Assembly: GCA_964388485.1 (NCBI GenBank)
Contig: CAYMAS010000008.1
Span: 24,423-88,422 of the forward strand
Direction of reading: 5' to 3'
Length of the DNA stretch: 64,000 nt
Source of the DNA: an uncultured Tepidisphaerales bacterium
GTDB lineage: Bacteria > Planctomycetota > Phycisphaerae > Tepidisphaerales > Tepidisphaeraceae
The notes under the pieces are model-generated. The model was not told the origin of the DNA and ran no database searches. It worked only from the letters and a program-made list of their open reading frames with translations. Of the stretch, positions 26,429-34,651 are shown one piece after another (within the stretch, counting starts at the first letter, position 1; every line of letters starts with the position of its first letter). The position numbers and the translations under genes are program-made.

Positions 26429-28090
26429 TCAACCGATGGGGCGAAATTGGGCCGACAGATTCTGCCGCTTACGTCGCAGTCCGACGAGTCCGAGCAGCAA
26501 CCCACCGGTCGCGGCACCCGGCTCAGGCACGACGGTTACGGAACGATTAGCCAGCAGCGACGTGCGGTCGGCAGCAACAGCGTCAAGGTCGAGCAAGCTC
26601 TCCATCAGCAGGCCGATGCCGTCGACGGCTTCGTAGTAGTCCTTGCCGGCGTGGCCGCGGAAGATGCTGGTGCCGTCGACCCACAGCTTGTTGATCGCCT
26701 CGTCAGCCATCGCCCGACCCGTGAGCAGATACTCCTCCTCGCCCGTGACGGCGTAGAGGTAGGCGAAGAACGAGATGGTTCGGCCGTACGTCTCCGCGTG
26801 CGCGCCCAGCGGTGCCCAGTCGTCGGAGTAACCGTCGTACCACGTATCCTGCAGCGTCTCGTCAGCGGGCAGTTCGGACTTGATCCAGACGGCGAACCGT
26901 TCGGCGGCTTCCAGAAGGTTCGCATCGCCGGTCAGGTCGTAACCCAGGACGAAGCTGTTGGCCGTCGACAGCGGGTGCTCGTAGCCGAGCGTGTACGGCT
27001 GCCACAGATCCAGATGGCCGCGTGGTTCCGTGGCGGCGTAGGAGTCGTTGTCGAGCCGCGGGCCGGCGACCGGTGTGCCGTCGGTGCGAAGCGAGCCCCA
27101 GAACTTGCCCGTCGCATCGTCATAACCATATTCCGCGTACGCCGAGAGGTAGCCGGTGGCGATATCACGCAGCTCGGCGGCATCATCACCGACGAGGTCA
27201 TAAGCATCGAGCAGGGCGGCCGCGTGAGGTCCGGTCAGACCGGTCATGAACCGATTGCCGTCGAACCTGTTGCCACCGAGATTGGCAGCGTCGTCGACCG
27301 TGAGGTTCGTCGTCGTGTTGCGACGGCTCCAGTGATAGTTGCCCACGAGAAGCGAGCGATCGAGCCACTTCTGATCGCCGGTGGCGTCATAGGCGTGGGC
27401 GAACTGCCGAACGAACTCGCCGCTGGTCATCGCGAACGAGTGGCCCCGGTTGGGCGTGTCGTGGCGGTTGATTTCGCCGGTCGTCTTGTTGACGACGTGG
27501 AACTGCCATGCCGAATCCGCCTGCTGCTGGGCCACGGCCGGAGCAGCCCGCCACAGGTCATCCCACTCGACGGGCAGGATTGCATGCAATTCGTGGTGGT
27601 TGCCGTTGGCACTCTTGCGCGACTCGTCGGACACATCGATCCAGCGGTGCCAGCCCCACCAGATGAATCCTTTGTCTGTACGGCCGGCGTCGGTGAAGTT
27701 GCTCGTGTACGTGGTCGTGTAGGTGTCGGCGAAGTCGGAATAACGGTTGTCGCCGGTCAGGCTCGAGAGGTGGCGGAAAGCTTCGAGCGTCCGCTGGTCG
27801 GTGGCCAAGTTGGCACCGCCGGGATTGCGTCGGCCGCGGCGGTCAACCCGCCAATCTTCGTCGTACGCCAACGGGCTGCTCGGCATCGAGAGCGTGTTGA
27901 CGTCAAGGATGCTGACGAGGATCGGCTGACTCGTCGTTCCATAACGATCGGTACCGAATTGGAGCAACGTGTCGGCCGTGCGTTGGGCATAGGTGCCGTA
28001 GGTACCGACTTGTGCCGAGGAGACAGGCGTGGCCGCGAAGAGACTGGCCACGACGGCCGCCGAAGCGGCGGCAGAGAGTCGCGAGAACAT
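26429..28090 (-). CDS. Secreted alpha/alpha-toroid-like protein (polysaccharide lyase/hydrolase candidate) with PEP-CTERM anchor
   Basis: Signal peptide MFSRLSAAASAAVVASLFAATPVSSAQ (ATG 28090). Repeated helix-pair motifs (YDLTGDANLLEAAERF; YAVTGEEEYLLTGRAMA). Tail VVPEPGAATGGLLLGLVGLRRKR. Family not resolved. Confidence 0.5.
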   Translation of the reverse strand: MFSRLSAAASAAVVASLFAATPVSSAQVGTYGTYAQRTADTLLQFGTDRYGTTSQPILVSILDVNTLSMPSSPLAYDEDWRVDRRGRRNPGGANLATDQRTLEAFRHLSSLTGDNRYSDFADTYTTTYTSNFTDAGRTDKGFIWWGWHRWIDVSDESRKSANGNHHELHAILPVEWDDLWRAAPAVAQQQADSAWQFHVVNKTTGEINRHDTPNRGHSFAMTSGEFVRQFAHAYDATGDQKWLDRSLLVGNYHWSRRNTTTNLTVDDAANLGGNRFDGNRFMTGLTGPHAAALLDAYDLVGDDAAELRDIATGYLSAYAEYGYDDATGKFWGSLRTDGTPVAGPRLDNDSYAATEPRGHLDLWQPYTLGYEHPLSTANSFVLGYDLTGDANLLEAAERFAVWIKSELPADETLQDTWYDGYSDDWAPLGAHAETYGRTISFFAYLYAVTGEEEYLLTGRAMADEAINKLWVDGTSIFRGHAGKDYYEAVDGIGLLMESLLDLDAVAADRTSLLANRSVTVVPEPGAATGGLLLGLVGLRRKRQNLSAQFRPIG

Positions 28091-28245
28091 GGACGTCCGT
28101 TTCGTAGGAGAAGGTTTGGCCAGAGGCTGGCCCAAAGCGTCACCGGCGAGGTTAACACCGGCAACGCGTCTGAGGAGGAAGCGATGAGGCCTCCGAGCGA
28201 TAGACGGCCTCGACAGGATTACGATTGTCAGAGGACGTCACAGAA

Positions 28246-29058
28246 TCAGCGACGCCGACGGCAGGCCAGAAGGCCCACCAGGCCGATCGCGGCCAACGAA
28301 CTCGGCTCCGGAATCGCCGTCAGCGAGAGGTTGGCGTAGTCGACCGTGAACGTCGGGTCGTTCCGCTGGACGCTGTTTCGGATGCCGAAGTTGTCGCCAG
28401 CGAGCGGCATGTCGAGGGCGACCGTGCTGATCATGTCGGAACTGGTGCCTTCGGTAAGGTTGAACACCTGCAGCGACAGGGTGAGGTCGTCGTTGCTGTC
28501 ATAGGCACCGGTGAGCACGAGCTCGTAGGTGTCGGCGGCATCGAAGCTGAAGGTCGAGCTCGACGTGACGAGCTGGCTGCCGTTGCTGCCTTCCTCGGCA
28601 ATGCGGAACTCGCCGACGTTGCCGCCCCTGACGATGTAGTCGGCGAGGTAGTAGTCGCCACCGAAGCCGGCGGTGTCGCCGAGCACGCCGAGGCCGACGC
28701 GGCTGGTCGAGCCGCTGCCACCCGACAACGCGGTGACGTCGAACTCCGTCGAGAAGACGAAGCCGGCAGCAGGCCGATCCGCGGCGTCCACTGCGAAGGT
28801 CGAGCCAGGGCTGCGGTTGGAGTTGTTTCCCGTCGCCGTGTAGCTGAAGCGGTAGACGTTGTCGCCGCCACCGGCGTCGGTGACGGAGAAGTCACCAGCC
28901 GGGTTCTCGGTGTAAGTCAGCGATTCGTTGTCGACCGGGGCTGCCGACCCCAGGACCTGGCTGTCGAAGTCTTCGAAGTACGGAACGACGGCGGCCTGGG
29001 CCGACGAGGCGACGAAAACGGCCGCTGCGGCCGGGGCAAGAATTTTTAGGGTCTTCAC
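28246..29058 (-). CDS. Small LamG/ConA-like PEP-CTERM protein
   Basis: GTG start preceded by GGAGGA. Signal peptide MKTLKILAPAAAAVFVASSAQA, beta-rich Gly/Ser/Thr body, tail AIPEPSSLAAIGLVGLLACRRRR. Confidence 0.7.
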   Translation of the reverse strand: MKTLKILAPAAAAVFVASSAQAAVVPYFEDFDSQVLGSAAPVDNESLTYTENPAGDFSVTDAGGGDNVYRFSYTATGNNSNRSPGSTFAVDAADRPAAGFVFSTEFDVTALSGGSGSTSRVGLGVLGDTAGFGGDYYLADYIVRGGNVGEFRIAEEGSNGSQLVTSSSTFSFDAADTYELVLTGAYDSNDDLTLSLQVFNLTEGTSSDMISTVALDMPLAGDNFGIRNSVQRNDPTFTVDYANLSLTAIPEPSSLAAIGLVGLLACRRRR

Positions 29059-29288
29059 TGAGTCCTCCTAGGGGTGAGATGCCGCTCGCTCCGGTGCCAG
29101 GCGGCACCCCTCGAGACCGAGCAGCTACGGGAACGGGTCGCGTGCAGTCAGTAGATGAACAGAGGCTCGACCCACTTCCTTCGAAATGCTTCGCCCCCAG
29201 GGCGGCACATTTGTCGCCGGGACAGGACCGCTAAGCCGGTCGCTATCTGGGCCGGGTTGCACGTCACCCTCTGCCATCCTCCACGCAT

Positions 29289-29302
29289 GCACAACGTTGT
29301 AC
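29289..29302. promoter_or_regulatory. Operator-like site GCACAACGTTGTAC
   Basis: Perfect 10-bp palindrome ACAACGTTGT at 29291..29300, about 235 bp upstream of the 29058 start. Confidence 0.5.
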
Positions 29303-29407
29303 CTCAAGGTAACAGGCGTGTCAAGAAAAGGGATATGACGTGGCGAATTGACCGGTTGTGCGGCGGGCGACGTCGCCTACGCGTCACGCAGCCGCGTCAG
29401 AGCGAGG

Positions 29408-29444
29408 CAACGACAAAGCAGCCGCAGACAGGGTCTGCGGCTGC
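29408..29444 (-). terminator. Intrinsic terminator after the pseudopilin gene
   Basis: Perfect 12-bp stem GCAGCCGCAGAC/GTCTGCGGCTGC (29418..29429 / 29433..29444). The minus strand continues TTTGTCGTTG. Confidence 0.6.
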
Positions 29445-29471
29445 TCCCCGACGATTCGCGGCGGATGGGGC

Positions 29472-30380
29472 CTACCGCTGGTAGAACTCTTTTGGGGCGA
29501 ACAGCGTCCGACTGCCCTGCAGCTTGTCCGGTCGGTTGTCGGAAAATGCCTCTTCCGTCAGAGCCCGGTTCTTGATTTCTAAAGCGACAATCGTTTCGGC
29601 GTGTCCATCCAGGTAGCCGAAGTTAGCGGCAGTCGTTGACTGCACTTCGTGTCGAAGAAAATCAACCGAGCGACGATCCGGATTGGTCGAATTCTGGCTC
29701 CGCGCTTGGTAGAAGGTCTCCAGATCACCAATACGTTCCAAACCGTCGGCCGTTGCCAGCCACTGCGTTGCGGGACCAATGAGGCTGCTCATGCGTCCGG
29801 GCATGCGTTGCTGAGCACCGAAGTCGCCTTGGCTGAGGCCAAAGCGAATGCTGAGCGACTTGAGGTCACCCGGCGGAATGTTTCGGTTCATCCCGTAGCC
29901 GCGGAGGATGCCGCGCGAGTAGCGATTCGGGTTCGAACTTCTGTTATACAGAAAATCGTCGGATACGCCCGGGCAGGTCAGTACCGAGTTTTTCATTGGC
30001 AGAAAGTCGCGGATCATGTCACGACCCGGATTGAAGGATTCGTAAGGCTGAACCTCTTCGGGGAACCCTAGGTACTTCGCGATGTAGAAGGGCCAATTGC
30101 CGGTGTTGCTCCAAGCAGCCTGCTCGAGAAGTACTTGTCCGTTCCGCTCAAGCCGGCCACTGGTCAGCGGCGGAAGCCACTGCTCGTTCTCGTTGGCGTA
30201 TGAGAGGAGGCCGACGAGTTGCTGACGCACGTTTGACTTGCAAGCGACGTTCTTCGATGAAGCGAAGGCGCTGCTCAACGTCGGCAGCAATATGGACACC
30301 AGCAACGCGATGATGCCGATGACCACAAGCAACTCCACGAGCGTGAAACCGCTGCGCCTGATACTCTTGACCTGATTCAT
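29472..30380 (-). CDS. Prepilin-type N-terminal cleavage/methylation protein (DUF1559-like pseudopilin)
   Basis: GGAGGAACAC before ATG 30380. RRSGFTLVELLVVIGIIALLVSILLP is the class III signal. C-terminal NFGYLDGHAE resembles the H-x9-DG motif. Confidence 0.85.
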   Translation of the reverse strand: MNQVKSIRRSGFTLVELLVVIGIIALLVSILLPTLSSAFASSKNVACKSNVRQQLVGLLSYANENEQWLPPLTSGRLERNGQVLLEQAAWSNTGNWPFYIAKYLGFPEEVQPYESFNPGRDMIRDFLPMKNSVLTCPGVSDDFLYNRSSNPNRYSRGILRGYGMNRNIPPGDLKSLSIRFGLSQGDFGAQQRMPGRMSSLIGPATQWLATADGLERIGDLETFYQARSQNSTNPDRRSVDFLRHEVQSTTAANFGYLDGHAETIVALEIKNRALTEEAFSDNRPDKLQGSRTLFAPKEFYQR

Positions 30381-30419
30381 GTGTTCCTCCTGAAAAACGT
30401 CTCGGCTAGAGGCCGTCAC

Positions 30420-30433
30420 TCACAACGTTACGA
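30420..30433. promoter_or_regulatory. Operator-like site TCACAACGTTACGA
   Basis: AACGTT core, about 40 bp upstream of the pseudopilin ATG. Flanks are weaker than in the other copies. Confidence 0.4.
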
Positions 30434-30471
30434 TATTTTTCCGCCGCCGTCAATCCTTCGTGCATCGACTT

Positions 30472-30501
30472 GATCCGCCTCAAGTCGATCCGCCTCAAGT
30501 C
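30472..30501. repeat. Perfect 15-bp tandem duplication (gatccgcctcaagtc x2)
   Basis: Copies at 30472..30486 and 30487..30501. Intergenic, upstream of the pseudopilin gene. Confidence 0.9.
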
Positions 30502-30639
30502 TCGTTCTCCAGATCGGCTACGACCCGTTGAGCTCAAGACTAAGGCGACGTCATTGACGTGGAAACGCCGACACCGGATCCAGGTCCGGTGCCGGCGTCG
30601 AGGAGGCCGGATATCGCTCAGCGAGTCCCGAACAGACGA

Positions 30640-31470
30640 TCAGCGGCGGCGGCGCAGGCCGAGCAGGCCCATCAGGCCGAACGCCGCGATGCTCGTCGGC
30701 TCGGGAATGACCTCAGCCCGGGCTGCTTCGAGCGCGTTCAAGTCAAGTGCTTCGTTGTAGACCTGAATGTTGTCGAGGAAGCCGTCAAACGGCCGGCGTG
30801 TGTCGTCACGGTTGCCGACGTTGAAATTCTCGTTGCTGCCGAGTTGCTCGTTCAGCGTGATCGTCGAGGTGCCGAGGCTGACGACCGGCGTATCGATGCC
30901 GCCCGCGAACAGCTCGACCGTTCCTGCGTCGACTAGAGCGTCGAGGCCGTCTTCGCTGAAGGTGGCGGCAAAGAACACCCAGGTATCAACGTCATCGGTT
31001 AGGTCGTTGCCCACCTGAAAGTTCTGCCCGTTTCCAGTGGCAAACCGGAGGTCGCCGCTTCGGCCAAGGAGCTGGAACGGGTTGCCATCACCGTAACTGA
31101 CGAGACGCGTGTCACCTCCAATTGAAGCGCCCGAGGTTTTGTACCAACCGGCGACAGTAAAGTCGTCGCCCGCACTCAAAACGTTGACATTGCTCGCAGT
31201 GGCGATGGGGCCGTTGCCCGCGCCTTCGTCGCCGCCATTGCCCATGCCGATAGCGTCGGTCAAATCAAGGGCCTGGTCACCCGCCGCGCCTGTGACGCCA
31301 GTTCCTGCAGCACCCAAGACTGCGCCGTTGGCGAGGGTGAGGTCAACCGCGGTGCCCGAACTCGTGGTGGTACCGTTGAACTCGTATTCGAGAACAAGGG
31401 CTGCGTCGGCGACGACGGCCGAGGCGGCGACGGTGGCGGCTGCGAGGCCGAGGGTGGTGGGTAGGTTCAT
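30640..31470 (-). CDS. LamG (Laminin_G_3-like) PEP-CTERM protein
   Basis: GAGGAGAAAC before the ATG. Signal peptide present. FTVAGWYK...WVFFAATF...FNVGNRDDTRRPFDGFLDNIQVYNEAL is LamG_3-like. Tail VIPEPTSIAAFGLMGLLGLRRRR. Confidence 0.8.
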   Translation of the reverse strand: MNLPTTLGLAAATVAASAVVADAALVLEYEFNGTTTSSGTAVDLTLANGAVLGAAGTGVTGAAGDQALDLTDAIGMGNGGDEGAGNGPIATASNVNVLSAGDDFTVAGWYKTSGASIGGDTRLVSYGDGNPFQLLGRSGDLRFATGNGQNFQVGNDLTDDVDTWVFFAATFSEDGLDALVDAGTVELFAGGIDTPVVSLGTSTITLNEQLGSNENFNVGNRDDTRRPFDGFLDNIQVYNEALDLNALEAARAEVIPEPTSIAAFGLMGLLGLRRRR

Positions 31471-31512
31471 GTTTCTCCTCTACGGACTAGACTCATGCTG
31501 CAGCGACAGCCG

Positions 31513-31526
31513 CTGCAACGTTGTAG
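31513..31526. promoter_or_regulatory. Operator-like site CTGCAACGTTGTAG
   Basis: Shares CGCTGCAACGTTG with the 22724 site. Lies in the divergent region between the 31470(-) and 31588(+) genes. Confidence 0.6.
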
Positions 31527-31587
31527 ACCACTCTACCTCATCGACCAGGATGCCGCAATAGAAGCGTCTCTATGACGCAAATCCGTC

Positions 31588-33249
31588 ATGCTCATACAGC
31601 GTGTGCGTCATGCAGTCGTGGCGCAACCTTCCAGCCTCTCATCTGAACTCATGGTCACCACGACTCACGAGGACACCATGCTGCCTGTAGAGCTCGATAC
31701 CGCTCACAGCGATCTTCAGACGGCGGTGCGACGTGAGATGAAGGCCGGTCAGCCCCTAGCTCGTCTGGTGACGGCGTTGCGGGACCCGTCGATCGCAACG
31801 ATCAGGATGCCGGACGGGAAGTATCGGCTGAATTCGGCTGACTCACCGGTGCGGCACTTCCACGTCACGAACAACGACGACGGCCCGCGGCCGGTCGCGA
31901 TGCATGCGGAGCATCTTCGCGACCTCACAATCGACGCGACAGGCGTGCGGTTCTCCATGAGCGGGTACATGAACGCTCTCTCGCTCGTCGATTGTCGCAA
32001 CGTGACGCTGCGTGGCTTGACGATCGACTGGCAAGAGCCGCTCGTGGCCGAGGCGCGGGTCGTGCGGGCGAGTCCCGGCGAGTTGCGGCTAACGATGCCG
32101 AAAGACGCCTCGTTTGAGGTACGCGGCGAGGATCTGTGGCTGGCCGGGGACGGGTGGGAGAAAGACGTGCGGCACCTGCTGGCGGTCGATCCGGCGACGC
32201 GTGGACCGGCCCGCGGGACGGGCGACAATCTCGGATCGCCGTGGGGCACGCCGTTCAAGTTCGCGCAGGACGGAGCGGAGGTCCTGCTTCGTGGCAATTT
32301 CGACGTTCTGCCGGAGGTGGGGCAGATCGTTGTGCTCAACCCGCACCATCGGCCGGCGGTCGCGATTCACGTCCTTGGCGGGGAGAACGTCACGCTCGAG
32401 GACGTCACGATCCACGCCAGCCCCGGCATGGCGATCGTGGCCGAGCAGGTCGAGAATCTGACGATGCGTCGCTGCCGCGTCTTGCCGGCAGACGGGCGGC
32501 TGGTCTCAGCCAATGCAGATGCGACCCACTGTGCCAACTGCCGCGGGACCGTCGTGCTGGAGGACGGCCACTTCGAGGGACAGCTCGATGACCCGGGCAA
32601 CTTTCACGGCATGTATGTCCGGCTCGTGCAACGTGAAGGCGATGACGGGTTCGTGCTGCGTCGCGTGCACCGTCAGCAGCAGGGGGCCGAGTTCGCGCGG
32701 CCTGGCGACGAGGTGCGTTGGCTCGAGCCGGCGACGCTGCGGCCGATCGGGCGGGGCATCGTGGCGGAGGTCGAGGAGATAGATGCAGAACGACTGCGAC
32801 TTCGGTTCAAGCTGGCGATCGGCGAGTTGCCGGACGATCTGGCTTTCGAGAATGTCACGGCGTCGCCGAACGTGATCGTGCGGGGCAACCGCGCGGGCAA
32901 CAACCGCGCCCGCGGCTTCCTCGTCTCGACCGGCGGGCGGAACGTGGTCGAGAACAACGTCATCTACAGCGGCGGAGCTGGGGTGCAGGTGCACGCGGGG
33001 CTCGGCCTTTGGCACGAGTCCGGGGCGGTGAGAGACTTGACGATCCGCAACAACACCTTCCGCGGCTGCACGGAGGGCGGCTGGAGCAAGGCGGTGATCG
33101 ACATCAACGCCCAGCCCGAGAACAAGCTGTCGAATTATCCGGTTCACAGCGGCATTCGCATCTCGGACAACACGGTCGAAGGCACGGCATCTCCGTTGGT
33201 CCAGGCCGAGCGAAGCGAGCCTATTGAGCAGGATCAGGGAAAGGATTGA
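31588..33249 (+). CDS. Right-handed parallel beta-helix (PbH1) protein, GH110-like architecture, no signal peptide
   Basis: NNRARGFLVSTGGRNVVENNVIYSGGAGVQVH...IRNNTFRGC repeats. N-terminal FHVTNNDDGPRPVAMH...LTIDATG...CRNVTLRGLTIDW resembles GH110. Start uncertain (31588/31651/31678). Confidence 0.5.
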   Translation: MLIQRVRHAVVAQPSSLSSELMVTTTHEDTMLPVELDTAHSDLQTAVRREMKAGQPLARLVTALRDPSIATIRMPDGKYRLNSADSPVRHFHVTNNDDGPRPVAMHAEHLRDLTIDATGVRFSMSGYMNALSLVDCRNVTLRGLTIDWQEPLVAEARVVRASPGELRLTMPKDASFEVRGEDLWLAGDGWEKDVRHLLAVDPATRGPARGTGDNLGSPWGTPFKFAQDGAEVLLRGNFDVLPEVGQIVVLNPHHRPAVAIHVLGGENVTLEDVTIHASPGMAIVAEQVENLTMRRCRVLPADGRLVSANADATHCANCRGTVVLEDGHFEGQLDDPGNFHGMYVRLVQREGDDGFVLRRVHRQQQGAEFARPGDEVRWLEPATLRPIGRGIVAEVEEIDAERLRLRFKLAIGELPDDLAFENVTASPNVIVRGNRAGNNRARGFLVSTGGRNVVENNVIYSGGAGVQVHAGLGLWHESGAVRDLTIRNNTFRGCTEGGWSKAVIDINAQPENKLSNYPVHSGIRISDNTVEGTASPLVQAERSEPIEQDQGKD

Positions 33250-33280
33250 GTAGTGGCAAGCGTCTCAGGTAGGTTTGGAC

Positions 33281-33294
33281 TCGCAACGTTGTGT
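33281..33294. promoter_or_regulatory. Operator-like site TCGCAACGTTGTGT
   Basis: CAACGTTG core about 40 bp upstream of the sulfatase start. Confidence 0.55.
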
Positions 33295-33331
33295 TCTTGG
33301 GTGAAGGCTGTATGGTGAAGCCGTTATCGTG

Positions 33332-34639
33332 ATGAACCAGCCCAACGTCATCCTCTTCATCTCTCACGACACCGGGCGATATGTCTCGCCGCACGGGATT
33401 AAGACGGTTCGTACGCCGACCTCCGAACGGTTAGCGCGAGAGGGCGTTATGTTCGAGCAGGCGTTCTGCACGTCGCCGCTCTGCTCGCCGGCAAGGGCCT
33501 CGTGCGTTACGGGGCTCTACCCGCACCGGCACGGTGTCAACGGCCTCACCGGCGATCCGCTGGGCCACTTCCAGTTTCACGACGGCGTCAAGCACGTCGC
33601 CCAGCATTTCAAGGACGGCGGCTACGAGTCGATTCTCTGCGGCTTCGAGCACGAGGCAAGGCACTGGGAAGAACTCGGCTTCGACCGGACGATCAGCGGC
33701 CCTGGCGGCTGGTACAACGGCGGCGGCGACCTGCGGGAGCATCCGGACGAGCTCGACGCGTTTCTCAAAGGGCGTCACGACGACAAGCCGTTCTACATGC
33801 AGGTCGGCTGTCACGAGACGCACCGTGGGTGGCTGCGAGATGGTGTGGAGCCGGACGACGAGTTGGGCGTGACGGTGCCGCCTTACTTGAACGACATTCC
33901 TGAAGTTCGCCAGGAGCTGGCAGAGTTTCAGGGAGCGATTGGGCGGCTGGAGCAGGAGGTCGGGCGAATGCTCGACGTGTTGGACCGGCACGATTTGGCG
34001 AAGGACACGATCTTCATCTACACGACCGACCACGGCATCGACATGCCGCGGGCCAAGGGCACGCTGTTTGATTCAGGGCTCGAGACGTTCCTCTTTGCCC
34101 GCTGGCCTGGACGTTGGCCGGCAGGTCGGCGGGTGCAAACACAGATCAGCCAGATCGACCTTGTGCCGACGCTGCTGGCCTCGTGCGGTCTCGATGTGCC
34201 GGAGGATCTGGACGGACTCGACATCCGCTCGCTGCTGACGGGTGAGGGTTCGCCTCTTCGGCGAGAGGCCATCTTCGGAGAAAAGACCTACCACGACACG
34301 TACGACCCGATGCGGTGCATCCGCACGGAGAAGTACAAATACATCCGCTACTTCGAGGTTTGCATCTTCGAAGACCTGCGGCTGGCGACGGCAGAGCGGT
34401 GGCACTTCATGGCTGACGGGTTCCGGCGCCGGGCCATCGAGGAGCTGTACGACCTGGAGGCCGATCCGAACGAGCGGTTCAACCTGTTGAAGGAACCCGG
34501 TCACGACGAGGCCGCCGCCGAGATGCGTCAGCGGCTGGCGACGTGGATGCGTCAGACGAACGACCCGTTGTTGGAGGGGCCGATGTCCAGCCCGTTCTTC
34601 GACGAACAGCTCGAGGCTTTCTCGAAGCTCGCAAGCTGA
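33332..34639 (+). CDS. Sulfatase (formylglycine-dependent type), apparently cytoplasmic
   Basis: NVILFISHDTG...C-S-P-A-R at 33482..33496 followed by ASCVTGLYPHRHG (CxPxR signature). No signal peptide. ATG 33332 (GTG 33329 alternative). Confidence 0.85.
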   Translation: MNQPNVILFISHDTGRYVSPHGIKTVRTPTSERLAREGVMFEQAFCTSPLCSPARASCVTGLYPHRHGVNGLTGDPLGHFQFHDGVKHVAQHFKDGGYESILCGFEHEARHWEELGFDRTISGPGGWYNGGGDLREHPDELDAFLKGRHDDKPFYMQVGCHETHRGWLRDGVEPDDELGVTVPPYLNDIPEVRQELAEFQGAIGRLEQEVGRMLDVLDRHDLAKDTIFIYTTDHGIDMPRAKGTLFDSGLETFLFARWPGRWPAGRRVQTQISQIDLVPTLLASCGLDVPEDLDGLDIRSLLTGEGSPLRREAIFGEKTYHDTYDPMRCIRTEKYKYIRYFEVCIFEDLRLATAERWHFMADGFRRRAIEELYDLEADPNERFNLLKEPGHDEAAAEMRQRLATWMRQTNDPLLEGPMSSPFFDEQLEAFSKLAS

Positions 34640-34651
34640 GGATTTCAAGCG

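Noticed and set aside
26318-28339. 673-aa plus-strand ORF
   Set aside because: Antisense to the PEP-CTERM protein 26429..28090, which has a signal peptide and sorting tail. It spans two genes and a gap, so it is a shadow ORF.
31176-31189. Additional intragenic AACGTT sites (31176, 36469, 48830, 24187, 20965) as auxiliary operators
   Set aside because: Only the hexamer core is present and the flanks are non-palindromic. These are compatible with chance or codon constraints.
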